A DNA stretch of 45,405 bases from Vicugna vicugna (lineage: Eukaryota). Location: NCBI GenBank assembly GCA_013265495.1, contig MU057629.1, positions 16,867 through 62,271 of the forward strand, read 5' to 3'. The notes below the pieces were generated by a model, which made no database searches, was not told where the DNA came from, and saw only the letters and a list, made by a program, of their open reading frames with translations. The translations under genes were made by a program, and so were the position numbers. Below, piece after piece: positions 12,831 through 23,984 of the stretch. Numbering within the stretch: the first letter of the stretch is position 1; each line of letters begins with the position of its first letter.

Positions 12831-14094
12831 AGGATCGGGAGGAGGCGGGCTTGTGGCTGGGGTGACTGGGGAAGTGACCCTGTGAGGGGGAAGGTGGTAG
12901 GGGAGGAGGGAGGAAGTTTGGAGAGGAGAAGCATCCTGGCCATGCGGTGCTGTGGGTGGCCAGGAGGGAGGGGCTTCCTGAGGCCTGTGAGCAGGGGCCC
13001 AGGGGTGGAGGAACCCGGCTCCCTGAGTGTGCCCCTCGGGGTAGGGAGTGCTCGGAGTGGGGCATTAAGCCCCTTGCCTGCTGACACATGCGCAGGGCCC
13101 GCTTCAGGGGCCAAAGGAAGCTTTTGGGCAGAAAAACTGGTGTTGGTGGTTGGAAACTGGGCCTGTGGGCTTTGCAGGGCTGAGGGTGGGGGCTGCAGAG
13201 CATCTGCCGTCCACATCCCCAGCACATGCGAGGTGCCTCTCCTCAGGCCTCGCACGGGCCTTGCAGGCACAGAAAGCCTGTGCCGTGTTGACCCTGAAGG
13301 TGTGCAGGCCGCCGGCGACCCAGCCATCTGAGCACTAGGGATGTGGGAGAGAGGGCGTTTTTCTGGGAAAGGTGGGCAGGCACAGGAGATGTCTTCTTCT
13401 CCCAGATGGCGAGAACAGACCTGTCGGTCCCCCAGCCCTCCAACTCCCCAGCCAGCCTCAGCCTCCTCGCTGGTCCTGGGTGCCAGCTCCTTCTCCCCTC
13501 CTGCTCCCTGCTCCCCCCTTCCTCCCCCAGACCGGCAGCCCCACCCTTGGAGCTGAGCTGTGGTGCAGCCTCTCACCTCCTGTGAGAATGAGCAAGGGAG
13601 CCCCTCTCAGAGCCTCCATCTCCCCATCTGCCCGGGAAGGGCTGGATTTTACAAGCCCTTGGGCTGGGTCTGATGGGTAGTGCCTGGCTTGGGAAGGACT
13701 GAGGCCATCACAGGATGCAGTGAGTTGGCGTTCTGCGAAGGATTGGTGACGTCCGCTGTGGGCTTGGGCTGGAGAGTGAGGTGGACCTAGGCCACATGCT
13801 GGCTTTCCCTGAGACAAGAGATTTTTAAGGATTCTCCCAGCTGTAGGACTTGATCATGACGTAGTGAGTGCCTTTTGCCTGGACTTCCCAAGCAAGGCCT
13901 GAATGGCCACAGATCAGGGGTGCTGATCAGGGTCTTGCCTCTGATGTCTGAGTGCTGAGATTTATCACCACACAGGATTGGGGGACCTTGAAGGCTGAGT
14001 AATGTCATGCCCACGGTCTGTCCTTGGGGCCTGAACAGGTCGGCGGTTGCTTTCTTTCCTAGCCCCTCCCAGCAGACTAGGAGCTCACTCCTGA

Positions 14095-14245
14095 AAGGCT
14101 GTGTGACCCTGGGCAAGTGACTCAATCTTTCTGAGCTTCAGTTTCCTCATCTGGAAAATGGGAGTAATAGTCAGAATGTTGTTATTGGGATTAAGTGAGT
14201 TAACTGGTGCTCTCAGTCCCTGGCAGGTAGTGAGTGCCTGATGAA
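14095..14245 (+). mobile_element. MIR SINE
   Basis: Near-consensus 'ggctgtgtgaccctgggcaagtgactcaatctttctgagcttcagtttcctcatctggaaaatgggagtaatagt'. Confidence 0.9.
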
Positions 14246-16592
14246 TACTGATTACTCTGCTCATACCTCTGAAGGGGCCCAGCCACCTACGGGGCTCTGC
14301 AGGAAGGGTCACCAGCCCCTCCTCTGTGCCCCTCCCTCGAGCCATCTAGCTGGCGTTTCTTGGCACCTGAGAGTGTGGGCCAAGGCCTGGGCCTGGTGTC
14401 CTCCTGGATGCTGCCAAACCTGAGGCCCAGAGGCTCAGGGACTGCGCACGGGGCGTCCTGCTCCATCCGGAGGCACCTCCTGCTGACTTTTGGGCCCCAG
14501 CCGCAGGTCACATGTTAGCTGCCTCTCTAAAAGCTCGCAGCCAAGGCCCTGCCGGTGCTCCGAGCTTGCTGGATGCGGGAGACTCTGTGCACAGGCGCTG
14601 TGGCCGGCAGGGAAGCGGGCTCCAGGGACGCCAGGCTCCGACAGCTTTGCCGCCTCTCAGGGCTCTCTGGTTCCGGCCCGCTGGGATTGCCACACCCTGC
14701 TCTTTGCTGCTGAAGTCGCCTTCTCTCGCTCAGGTAGTGTACACAGTGCCCCTCCCCTCCCCTTCCAGCAATGCCTGGGACCCCTGTAGGCCAAGCTGGG
14801 AGTCCAACACCGTGGTCTTAACTTGTCTTTACCATTTGTCTCATCCTGGCCCATGAGTTGCTTTGTGACCTGCCTCAGTTTTCCCATCTGTAGAATGGGG
14901 ATCTGGCTCCCTTGCTTGCTAAGGCCTCTTCCAGCAAAACAAATCTAATTTCCTTTCTTATCTGATCCAACTATATGCACCCACCAGGCAGGAGCCAAAC
15001 AGGCCTGCACATCCCTGGGTGAGGGTACTGTCCCACATTCCTTAAATCGAGTTCTTGAAAACCGTAGAGCTATGTCACCTTCTTGCCCTGTGTGTGGAGG
15101 GTCCCTGACATTTGGCAAGTTTGTGGTGCTGGGGTTTCTACTCATGGGTCCTCTTCTCAGCCTTTCTCTGTGGTCTTGTATTCACCAAGCGCCCTGACAT
15201 CTCACACACGCACGTGCACACGCCTGTACAAGCAGCCATCAACTCTGTCTCTGCTCCTTGGCTTCCAGGTGACTTTGGACAAGTGACTTTGCTCTGAGTA
15301 TCAGTTTCCAGCTCTGGGAAATGGGGGAGTGGAGTGAACGTTGATCTTCTCTCTGGTTTTAGGAGGACTGTCAATAGAAGAGGGGATTCCCAGGCCTGTG
15401 TGACACAGTCTGGGTGGGTCCCAGGAGCCCAGCCCAGGCAGAGATGCCAGTGGTCACTGTGATGCCCCCACCTGCCTGGGAGCTGGCAGGCTGGGCTCTC
15501 CTGGCCTTTGATTCTTGCAATTCTGTCCCTTGCAGGCCTCGAGCTGCTCAGAGCCCCACCTGGAGCAGCCATGACCCTCTGGACGTCCCTCAAGGCCTCC
15601 TGGCCACAGAAACACACCCCCTGCCATCTGGTGGCCTCCTGCCAGCATCTGAGCACCCCAGCCCTGGCCACCTTCCCCTGGAGGTCCAGGAATCTAAGGC
15701 TGAGCTGTCTTCCTGGCACAGTCCCCAGGGTTCCCACTGCCGCCGGCTCCCTGCCTCCTGGCCGAGGCAGAAGCAGCATCCAGCATTTCGGCCTCGGGCC
15801 TCAGCTCCTCAGACCCAGGGTGAGGTGGTCAGCTGGAGCAACGGTGGGGGTAGGCTGGCAGCGTGAGGAGATATCCCCGCAGAGCCTGGGGTCCCCACAG
15901 TGGGAGAACTTGAGTTAGACAGAAGTGGCTCTGATTTCAGCTCTCCTGCTTAGAAAGCTGTGTGGCTTTGGGGAAGTCACTTCACCTCTCTGAAACTCCA
16001 TTTGTAGCGTAGAAGTAGCCAGAGTAGCCACCTTCTCGGGCCACTGAGAGGGTGACCCACAAGTGTCTGTGGATGCCCGCTGCCCTGGTGGGGGCCTGGC
16101 CTGCTGTCCTGCGTCTGGACAGGCTGGCTCCCTCAGGTGTGAGTGTCCCGTACCCACCAGACCTGGGGGTCCAGTAGCACCAGTAACTGAGGTGGGTCCT
16201 GGCCGGGTCTGCAGCCTGGCTGATTGTGTGGGCTCCACCCTCACATTCTCCCAGGGTCTGAAGCAGGGGCCACTCACAGGTAGTGCCCTCTCTGAGGCTC
16301 TGGTCCCACATGCCAGGGCTGAGTCCTGGCTGTCGCTTCCCGTGTCCCCCGTCTCCTCGCCCGGCCACCATGGGACGTTCCCTGCAGCTCAGCATCTTCC
16401 AGGCCCTCAAGGGTCCCCAGGGTCTTCTAGCTCTGACCTCGTAGTGCGACTGGGTGGGGGTGGGGGTTGTGGGGTACATCGGTGTGGGGGAGCATGCCCA
16501 GCTCCTCCACGCCCTGCCAGGCCAGCCCCGCTGAGCAGGGCATCAGGGGTGCTGGCCGCCAGCCCTGAGGCGGGATTTGTTTGGACCACCTG

Positions 16593-16594
<2 letters not shown>

Positions 16595-16632
<38 letters not shown>
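16595..16632. repeat. (GT)n microsatellite, about 19 units
   Basis: Uninterrupted GT dinucleotide run. Confidence 0.97.
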
Positions 16633-16635
<3 letters not shown>

Positions 16636-17079
16636 CAGCCGGCCACCCAGGTGCTATGCCGTATGGACTGAAGACCAGGGCTCTTCTGAGTTCCCGCTAC
16701 GAGCTCCTGTTCAGAGCTGAGGAAGGCAGGGGTGGTAGAGGCCCTTGGGCTGAGGTCTGCATCAGTGAGCCCCTGGGTGCTGACTCACGGGCCCCCTCCC
16801 ACCACAGCTGGTGATGGGGCGGCTGGGGCATGGCATGTAGGCACTGAGTGTGGGCACCTGGGGTGGGCCCCTGGGCTGGAGAGCATGAGCATCAAGAGGG
16901 TGGGTGGGGCCTGGCTTGGGGCGTCCGTCAGGCCAGGCTTAGCTCCAGCCCCTGGGGTGAAACAGCAATGAATGAAGAGCAAACTGCTCATTCCTGCTCT
17001 CAGGGAGCTGATGGTGGGATGGTGGGTGCAGCCCCGAGTGGCTCCTTGCTGTTGTTGCTGTTACTGTTGTGAGATCAGA

Positions 17080-17450
17080 GGTCAGTGCTATGGGATCACG
17101 GTGAGGTCCTGAGTGGGGTGCGCGGGGAGGCCCCTGGAGGCATCCCTGTGGCACTGAAGCTGCGGCCGAGAGGAGAGTGTCCAGGTGGGTCTGGGGGTGA
17201 GATCTGAGGGGTCCCCGCAGAGGACGGACTGACTTGTGGCTGCCCCAGGGAGGCCAGTGGGTTGGCCATCACACTGGTCTTGGTGGGTGATGTCGGAACT
17301 GAGGCCGAGAGGGTGGAGGAAGGGGCTGGATATTGAACATATTTTGAAAGCAGAGCCTTGGTGGGAGTAGGGGAACCGAGGATGGACCCAGAGTTCTTGT
17401 CTGGAGCAGCTGGGAGGATGGAGAGTCCGTCTCCCTGGCCGAGGAGGTGG
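17080..17450 (-). mobile_element. L2 LINE fragment
   Basis: 'gggaggccagtggg...ggctggatattgaacatattttgaaagcagagcc...gaggatggacccagagttcttgtctggagcagctgggaggatggag' is typical of antisense L2. Confidence 0.65.
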
Positions 17451-17571
17451 GTGAGGAGCCGGCTTGGTGGGAGGGAAGAGCAGGATCTGGGCTGCAGGTA
17501 AATCAGAGTCAAGGGGTCAGCCGAGGGCCCTGGGTGGGTGTGGGGTGCGGGCGGGTGTGGCTGCCCTGCCA

Positions 17572-17594
17572 GCCCTGTGTCCTCTCTGTTTCAG
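17572..17594 (+). promoter_or_regulatory. Splice acceptor of the KCNJ12 coding exon
   Basis: Polypyrimidine tract 'ccctgtgtcctctctgtttcag|GAGCTGCC'. The exon starts at 17595, 56 nt before the ATG at 17651. Confidence 0.8.
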
Positions 17595-17650
17595 GAGCTG
17601 CCCCACCCGGAGCTGGCCTGGGGGCAGGCCAGGGTACCCCTGCCCCCGGG

Positions 17651-18930
17651 ATGACTGCGGCCGGCCGTGCCAACCCCTACAGCATTGTGTCGTCGGAGGA
17701 GGACGGGCTGCACCTGGTCACCATGTCGGACGCCAATGGCTTTGGCAACGGCAAGGTGCACACACGGCGCCGGTGCCAGAACCGCTTCATCAAGAACAGC
17801 CAGTGAAACATCGAGTTTGCCAACATGGACAAGAAGTCACAGCACTAACTGGCTGACATGTTCACCACCTGCGTGGACATCCGCTGGCGCTACATGCTGC
17901 TCATCTTCTCACTGGCATTCCTTGCCTCCTGGCTGCTGTTCGGCATCATCTTCTGGGTCATTGCTGTGTCCCACGGGGACCTGGAGCCAGTGGAGGGCCG
18001 CGGCCGCATGCCCTGCATGATGCAGGTGCACGGCTTCATGGCGGCCTTCCTGTTCTCCATTGAGACACAGACAACCATCGGCTATGGCCTGCGCTGCATA
18101 ACAGAGGAGTGCCCGCTGGCCGTCTTCATGGTGGTGGCGCAGTCCATCGTGGGCTGCATCATCCACTCCTTCATGATTGGTGCCATCATGGCCAAGATGG
18201 CACAGCCCAAGAAGCGGGCACAGACACTGCAGTTCAGCCACAATGCTGTGGTGGTGCTGCGGAACGGCAAGCTCTGCCTCATGTGGTGCGTGGGCACCCT
18301 GCGCAAGAGCCACATCGTGGAGGCCCACGTGCGGGTGCAGCTCATCAACCCCGCGTCACGGAGGAGGGTGAGTACATCATGCTGGACCAGATCTACATCA
18401 ACGTGGGCTTCGACAAGGGCCTGTGCATCTTCCTGGTGTTGCCCAACACCATCCTGCACGAGATCGACGAGGCCAGCCCGCTGTTCGGCATCAGCCAGCA
18501 GGACCTGGAGACAAACGACTTCGAGATCGTGGTCATCCTGGAGGGCATGGTGGAGGCCACGGCCATGACCACGCAGGCCCGCAGCTCCTACCTGGCCAAT
18601 GAGATCCTGTGGGGCCACCGCTTTGAGCCTGTCCTCTTTGAGGAGAAGAACCAGTACAAGATCGACTACGCACACTTCCACAAGACGTACGAGGTACCGT
18701 CCACGCCCCGCTGCATCGCCAAGGACCTGGTGGAGAACAAGTTCCTGCTGCCCAGTGCCAACTCCTTCTGCTACGAGAATGAGCTGGCCTTCCTGAGCCA
18801 CGAGGAGGAGGATGAGGCGGATGGAGAGCAGGGCAGACACAGCCCCCAGTCCAGGCATGACTTTGACTGGCCCCAGGCTGGTGGCGCCACCCTCGAGCAG
18901 CGGCCCTACAGACGGGAGTCAGAAATCTGA
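17651..18930 (+). pseudogene. KCNJ12: KCNJ12 (Kir2.2 inward-rectifier K+ channel) non-processed pseudogene
   Basis: Translates [22 protein letters not shown]...[11 protein letters not shown]...RRESEI*, colinear with Kir2.2. In-frame stops are TGA 17804-17806 (C53) and TAA 17846-17848 (Y67). A 1-bp deletion after 18348 (K234) shifts the frame. Two single-codon deletions (KK>K, LDRIF>LCIF) and D173H are also present. Confidence 0.96.
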
Positions 18931-21128
18931 GTCATTGAGGGCTAAGGTGCAGCACCGCCCCGCCAGAGAGAGGCCCCTGTCCTGCGAGGGCCCCAGGCCT
19001 GAGCAGAGCCGGCTTGGGCCCCAGCTGCAGACTCAGTAGAGTTGTAGATGTTTTATGTTTCTTCACAGTGGCCTCAGGAGGTTGGTGGGAGAGTGGGCGG
19101 CTAGAGCAGCTTCAGAGGCTGGTGCAGGCAGAGGGGCAGGAAGGTGGCCTCCTGGGGGCCGGGCCACGGAAGCCAGGGGCCTCTGCCTGAGGTGGGAGCT
19201 GCAGCCTGCCCAGAAATGCTAGCCAGCTGCCCAGCCTCTGTGGGCGAAGGCTGGCAGGCTGCAGGGCACCTCATTGGTTTTTAACTTGGGGAGAAATACC
19301 GGTCTTGGCTTTCTCAACCTTAGTTTGAGTAAGACAGTTTACAAAGAAACAAAAAAATTAACATGTGAGTGAAACAAATTTTTATAATTTGGGGTGGGGT
19401 GGGGTGGGTGGGAGGGCGGGCAATTAGAATTCCATTAGTCTGCTCGGATGCAAGCAGCTGGGTGGAGTTACCGGAAGGTCCCCGAGGCTGGACGGCCTCT
19501 CCTGGGGAGGCAGCGGTGTGGCCTGAGGGTGAGCACTGGGCTCACCTCATTATTTCTGCTGTCAGTTGCCCTGGCTTCCATTTGTGATGGCAGAATGAAG
19601 ACCATGTTAATGATTGTAACAAAAGCTCTCCAGCATCATTGGGTGGGGTAAGGACCAGGAAAAATTCAGTTTGAGTTTTCTGAGTTTGAGTTTGTACCTT
19701 AGAGGTGTGTCTCGGGGCCAGTGTGGGACCTGCCTGCTGTGGAGGGTCTGATCTCCCCAACCCACCGGATTCTCCCGTTCTGCTTCCTTCTCCTTTCTGC
19801 CCAGAGGCCTCCACCCATTCCACAGGGGGCGGTGGGACATACAGTGGTGGGTGGCTCCGTGGGAGGGGATGCCAGGTTCCCCAACTCCAGGGAAGTGGAT
19901 CCGCCCACCCACGGCCCCAGCATGAGTTGTGCCTTAGAGACCCTGGTGTGTGGCCTGGCTCTAGCCATGTCTGTTGTTACGGGACTCGCCCATCCTGCCT
20001 GATGCCCCTACTCCACCAGGAAGTCCCTGCCAGGCCCTCTGTCTGCAGAGGCCAGGCCCACCTTGCACTCACCCTCACCAAGAGGGCAGTGCAGGTGAGC
20101 CCAGTTGGGGCCCAGCCAGGCTGAGCCCTGTGGCTGGATGCAGAGGAACAGCCCTCGTGATGGCCTGGGCTTGTCTGTGAGTGACTGGGGATTTGGTGGC
20201 ACACATCCAGATGCCTTAGTCAGGAGGAGGATTGGGGCCCCCTTATTTGTCACCTGCTTTTGGCTCTGCTGCCACAAGAGCCCCCAAGGCAGGCTTATTC
20301 TTAGCAAGGAAGCTGCTGGCAGGGGCTGAGCCCTTCCCAGAACTACCAGGAACATCATCATCTCAAGTGACCATGCCCATCTGGAAGCCAGTAACTAGCA
20401 GCCTGCGCTTCCCCAGGCCACCCCCAGGCTGCTCCAGGACGGCTCATGCAACCAGAAGGTGCAGGGACCCCAGCTCGAAGGGAGACTGCGGCAGAGTGTG
20501 AAGTCACACAGCGAGCCCTGTGTGAGGGATTGCGGGGGCTGCTGCCTCTCGCTCCTCCTACCTCCACTGCAGCTGGAGGCGAGGGCTAGCAGTCCCCTCC
20601 CCTGCCCCGGAGTCCCAGCACCCTGCCCAAGCCTCAGACCCCACCTTGTTTCCGGTCACAGGTCACATCAGGAGGGTCAGCCTGGGGCAGGTGGAGGCAG
20701 CTCTCCCCTCTCAGGACCTGCCCGAGGGCCCTCAGCCCCTTCCTGCCCTGAGCTTTACTCAGCCTTCATCCTGGGGGATGAGTGCTCCCACCAGGAGCCA
20801 CATGGGAGCATTCCCCCCTCCCCCCCTCAAATGCCGCCCTGACCGCCAGGCCAAACCAGGCAGGGGTGAGGCGGCCCGGGTGCTCGGGGCCGGCCTGTGG
20901 GCTTACTGGGCCAGCCCTCCACTCACACTACCCTGGGCAGATCCCAGGGGCCCTGGCTTCCCCGAGGCTTTGGCCATCTTGGGTGGCCTGGTGCACTGCC
21001 TCCCAGGCCTGTGCGGATGGCTCAGGCCGCAGACCCTGCAGGAGAGCTGCCCTGAGCTGCCTTTCGTTTCTCACCAAAGGCAGATGCTGCGTTTTCAAAC
21101 TCCTCTGCCCTCTTTTTCCCTCCCCTGT

Positions 21129-21149
21129 ATTTATTTATTTATTTATTTA
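21129..21149 (+). promoter_or_regulatory. AU-rich element / (ATTT)5 tract
   Basis: Five overlapping ATTTA pentamers in the 3'UTR. Confidence 0.6.
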
Positions 21150-22389
21150 TTGCTTGTGCTAAAGACCAAAATAGTCTCCCTCTTTAGTGCCCTTGAAACG
21201 GGAGGGCGGATGGGCGGAGCTGTGTGTGCAGAGAGTGGGTCACATGGTCCCTAGGCGTGTGCCTGTGTGTGGATTTTGCGGCGTGCCATGTGCCGTGCGC
21301 CGTGCGCCGTGCGTGTGCATGTGCGTGTGTGTACATGATGTGTACCAGCCTGCCCCCGCCCAGGCTGGTATTCCCAGGAAGTTTCTCGAAGCCTGGACCT
21401 GGTGGTGCAGAGGCTGGAGTTGGCCAGGGCACACCCTCTGCCCTGAGACCCTGAGCTGCTTCCCCTGGGAGGGGACACGGGAGCACCAAGGGCGAGGGTT
21501 CCTGTGTGACCTGGTCTCATCTGTGTGCGGGTGAAACATGCCCAGTTTTATCTTTGCCTGTAAGTGCACAAGCGTGTGCATCCATTGTACATGGGAGTGG
21601 TGTGCAGATGTGTGCACACAATGATCTCCACATGTGTGTAAACACAGGCTGATGGTGCCTAGGCATGATACACATGTGTGTGCACACACTCACATGGTTG
21701 TGTGCATATGTACCCAGAGTCTGTCTGTGTGTGCATGTTGTAGGTGTGGGCGTTGGTTTCAATGTTTACCAGGCAGTGAGGCTGGGCACAACACTCAGGG
21801 TGGATACCAGCCGTGGGCCTTGGCTGCACCTAGTGATCCCCCCAGGCCTCTGCCTGAGTGTTTCTGTGTGGGCTGTGTGTACCTGGGTTCAAAGTGATAG
21901 CTACATGTGTATGTGTGTACATGGCTTCCAAAGATGAGCATTTGCACATAGACTCCATGTAGGAAGCCTGTGTGTGTCTGTCACGTGAACACATACGTCT
22001 GTGTGTGGAGCATATGTGCAGCAGCTGTGCCCGGCCCCCTCAGCAGGGGCCGTATGTGTGCATGTGGGAACCTGTGCGGGTCCCGGGGGTGTGTGCGCAC
22101 GCATGTCCGCGGGGTGGTATGTCCGTGTGCAGGCCTGAGCCTGTCTCTCAGCTCAGCGCCCCCTCCCCGCCCCGCCCTCGTCCCCTGCTGGTGCTATGCT
22201 CCCCCTGCCACCCGAGGGTCCTGGCGGGGGCAGGGGGCCTGGTGGGAAGGAGACCACTGCACAGGGGTGTCTGCCTTGTGTGAGGTCAAATAGACGTCAG
22301 ATCTATTTTAAATGGTGAAACTGGAGAATTGTCATGTTATTTTCAATACATAGCAGTATCTAAAGACATAGGCCATGAGACTAGACCAC

Positions 22390-22395
22390 ATTAAA
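22390..22395 (+). terminator. Putative polyadenylation signal ATTAAA
   Basis: Lies at the end of an AT-rich island (22285-22410) and is followed about 30 nt later by GU-rich 'gtgtggagatgtgtgtct'. Confidence 0.6.
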
Positions 22396-23984
22396 TGCAT
22401 TTTGATCTCTTTGAGTGCCACCGTGTGGAGATGTGTGTCTGAAAGTCCCTGACTGGCTCAGCGCCTGCCGGGGAAGGGGTGGGTGGGACACAGTAGCGGC
22501 TCAGGGTGAGGACACAATGCAGCCTCCTCGCAGACCTCTCCCTGTTCTTCCAGGTCTGATGAGGCCCCCACGTGCAGGGCAGCTGTGCGCTGGGTGCAGG
22601 AGACCAGCGCTCTCTCCTGGGACCCATGGTAGTGGGGGAGGCCCCGGCAGGAGGTAGCCCTGGTCCTCACTGCCGTGACTGGAGGGGAAGCCAGGGGTGT
22701 GGGTGGCAGATTGGAGGAATTGAGGCTGGGGATGGTGGGGGGACAGGGGCCGACAAGGGCTGCTGTCAGGGAGAACAGCATGGACGGGCATCCTGGGGAA
22801 AGGAGATGGTCATCTGTCCCAATGAGAGAGGATTCTATCCTTTGCCCCAACTTTCCCGGAGTGGAGAACTCCTCTGCATCAGTGAGGGATCGGGGTCCCT
22901 CGTTCTGGGGGACCTGGGTGACGATTCCAGACGACAGGTGAGAAGCCTGGGCAGTGACAGCTTTTGGTGAGGACGTTGCAGGAGGCTGTGGGGGGTGGGG
23001 GTGGTTGCTGCGGCTTCTAGGTGGATGTTCCCTTGGGTTGGACCTGGAGGGCTTGGCTTGATTGTGGTGTGGGCTGGGGCTCGCCTTCCCTGGCCCTGGA
23101 GCTTTCCCTGGGACCCCAGTACCAGAATCCCAGCCAGCGGTGGCTGCCCATCCCCCAGGGCAGGACCTGCCCCGCTGGATCTTGGTGATGATTTACTGCT
23201 CAAACTTCACAGCCCCAGAGCCCAGGAGTCTCTGGGGGCCCCGCCCCGGTTGTGACCCTGGATCAGACCCCAGGCCACGCACTTGCTCAGTGATCTGACC
23301 TCAGTCTCCCAAGTGGCAGGAAAGGGGTGCTCAGGATCTGGCTCGCAGAGAAGGAGAGAGAACCTTCCCTCAGTGAGTGCTTCGACCGCGTGCTCCACAA
23401 GTCCACCGGGTGGGGACAGCGGGGCCCCGTCTGTGTGTGGCTGTGCCCACCGGCTTGCCCTGTGCTTTCCTGCCTCCCCAAGGAGGAGATGAGTCCAACG
23501 CAGAATCTGCTTTAAAACAGTAGAACGGGTGGGGTAGGGGATTAGGGACCAGTGTTCACTGAGCACATGCTCGCTTCTGTTTGAGGTCTGCTGTTTGGAA
23601 GGAAGTCAGTTCAGGGTCAGTAAGGGCACTGGGGGGAGTTGTCTGAGCTGGGTACAGAGCTGGGCCTCAGGCCCCTAGCCCTGCTGCGGCCTTCAAATTG
23701 AGCCATTTGACCAAGATGCCACCACCCTCCCAGCCAGAATGTCTGCCTCAGTGTATCCTCCCCAAATCCGTCTTCTGGGCTGGGGGCCCCATGACTTGGG
23801 AGGAAATCACGGTGGGCTTCTCCTTCACACCAAGAGGCCAGGAACCAGAGCAGTGGGGCCTCAGAGGTCACTCCCCACACCTCCGCTGCCCACACTCCAC
23901 CCAGGACCAAAGTGGTCTTAAAACCAGAACCGGGTTTTTAACCCCCCTGTCTGACACCCTGCCTGGCTTCCTTCCACACCTTAT

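Larger units (their letters stand above)
18931..22415 (+). other. Long 3'UTR-homologous region of the KCNJ12-like terminal exon
   Basis: About 3.5 kb with no recognisable interspersed repeats, following the stop and ending in an AT-rich block with ATTAAA and a downstream GU-rich element. End position inferred. Confidence 0.6.

Noticed and set aside
1375..17500. Many 60-250 aa ORFs in the GC-rich region (e.g. 3780-4514, 5890-6549, 12827-13576, 15138-15779)
   Set aside because: Pro/Gly/Ala/Arg-rich, mostly non-ATG starts, overlapping MIR/L2 or simple repeats, with no domain motifs; chance ORFs.
18082..18858. 258-aa antisense ORF over the channel sequence
   Set aside because: Expected shadow ORF of GC3-rich codon usage; no recognisable protein.
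17651..18930. Functional KCNJ12 or KCNJ18 CDS, or a retrocopy
   Set aside because: Two in-frame stops and a frameshift rule out an intact CDS. The retained acceptor and intron and the lack of a polyA tail or TSD argue against retroposition. Nothing supports the primate KCNJ18 name.
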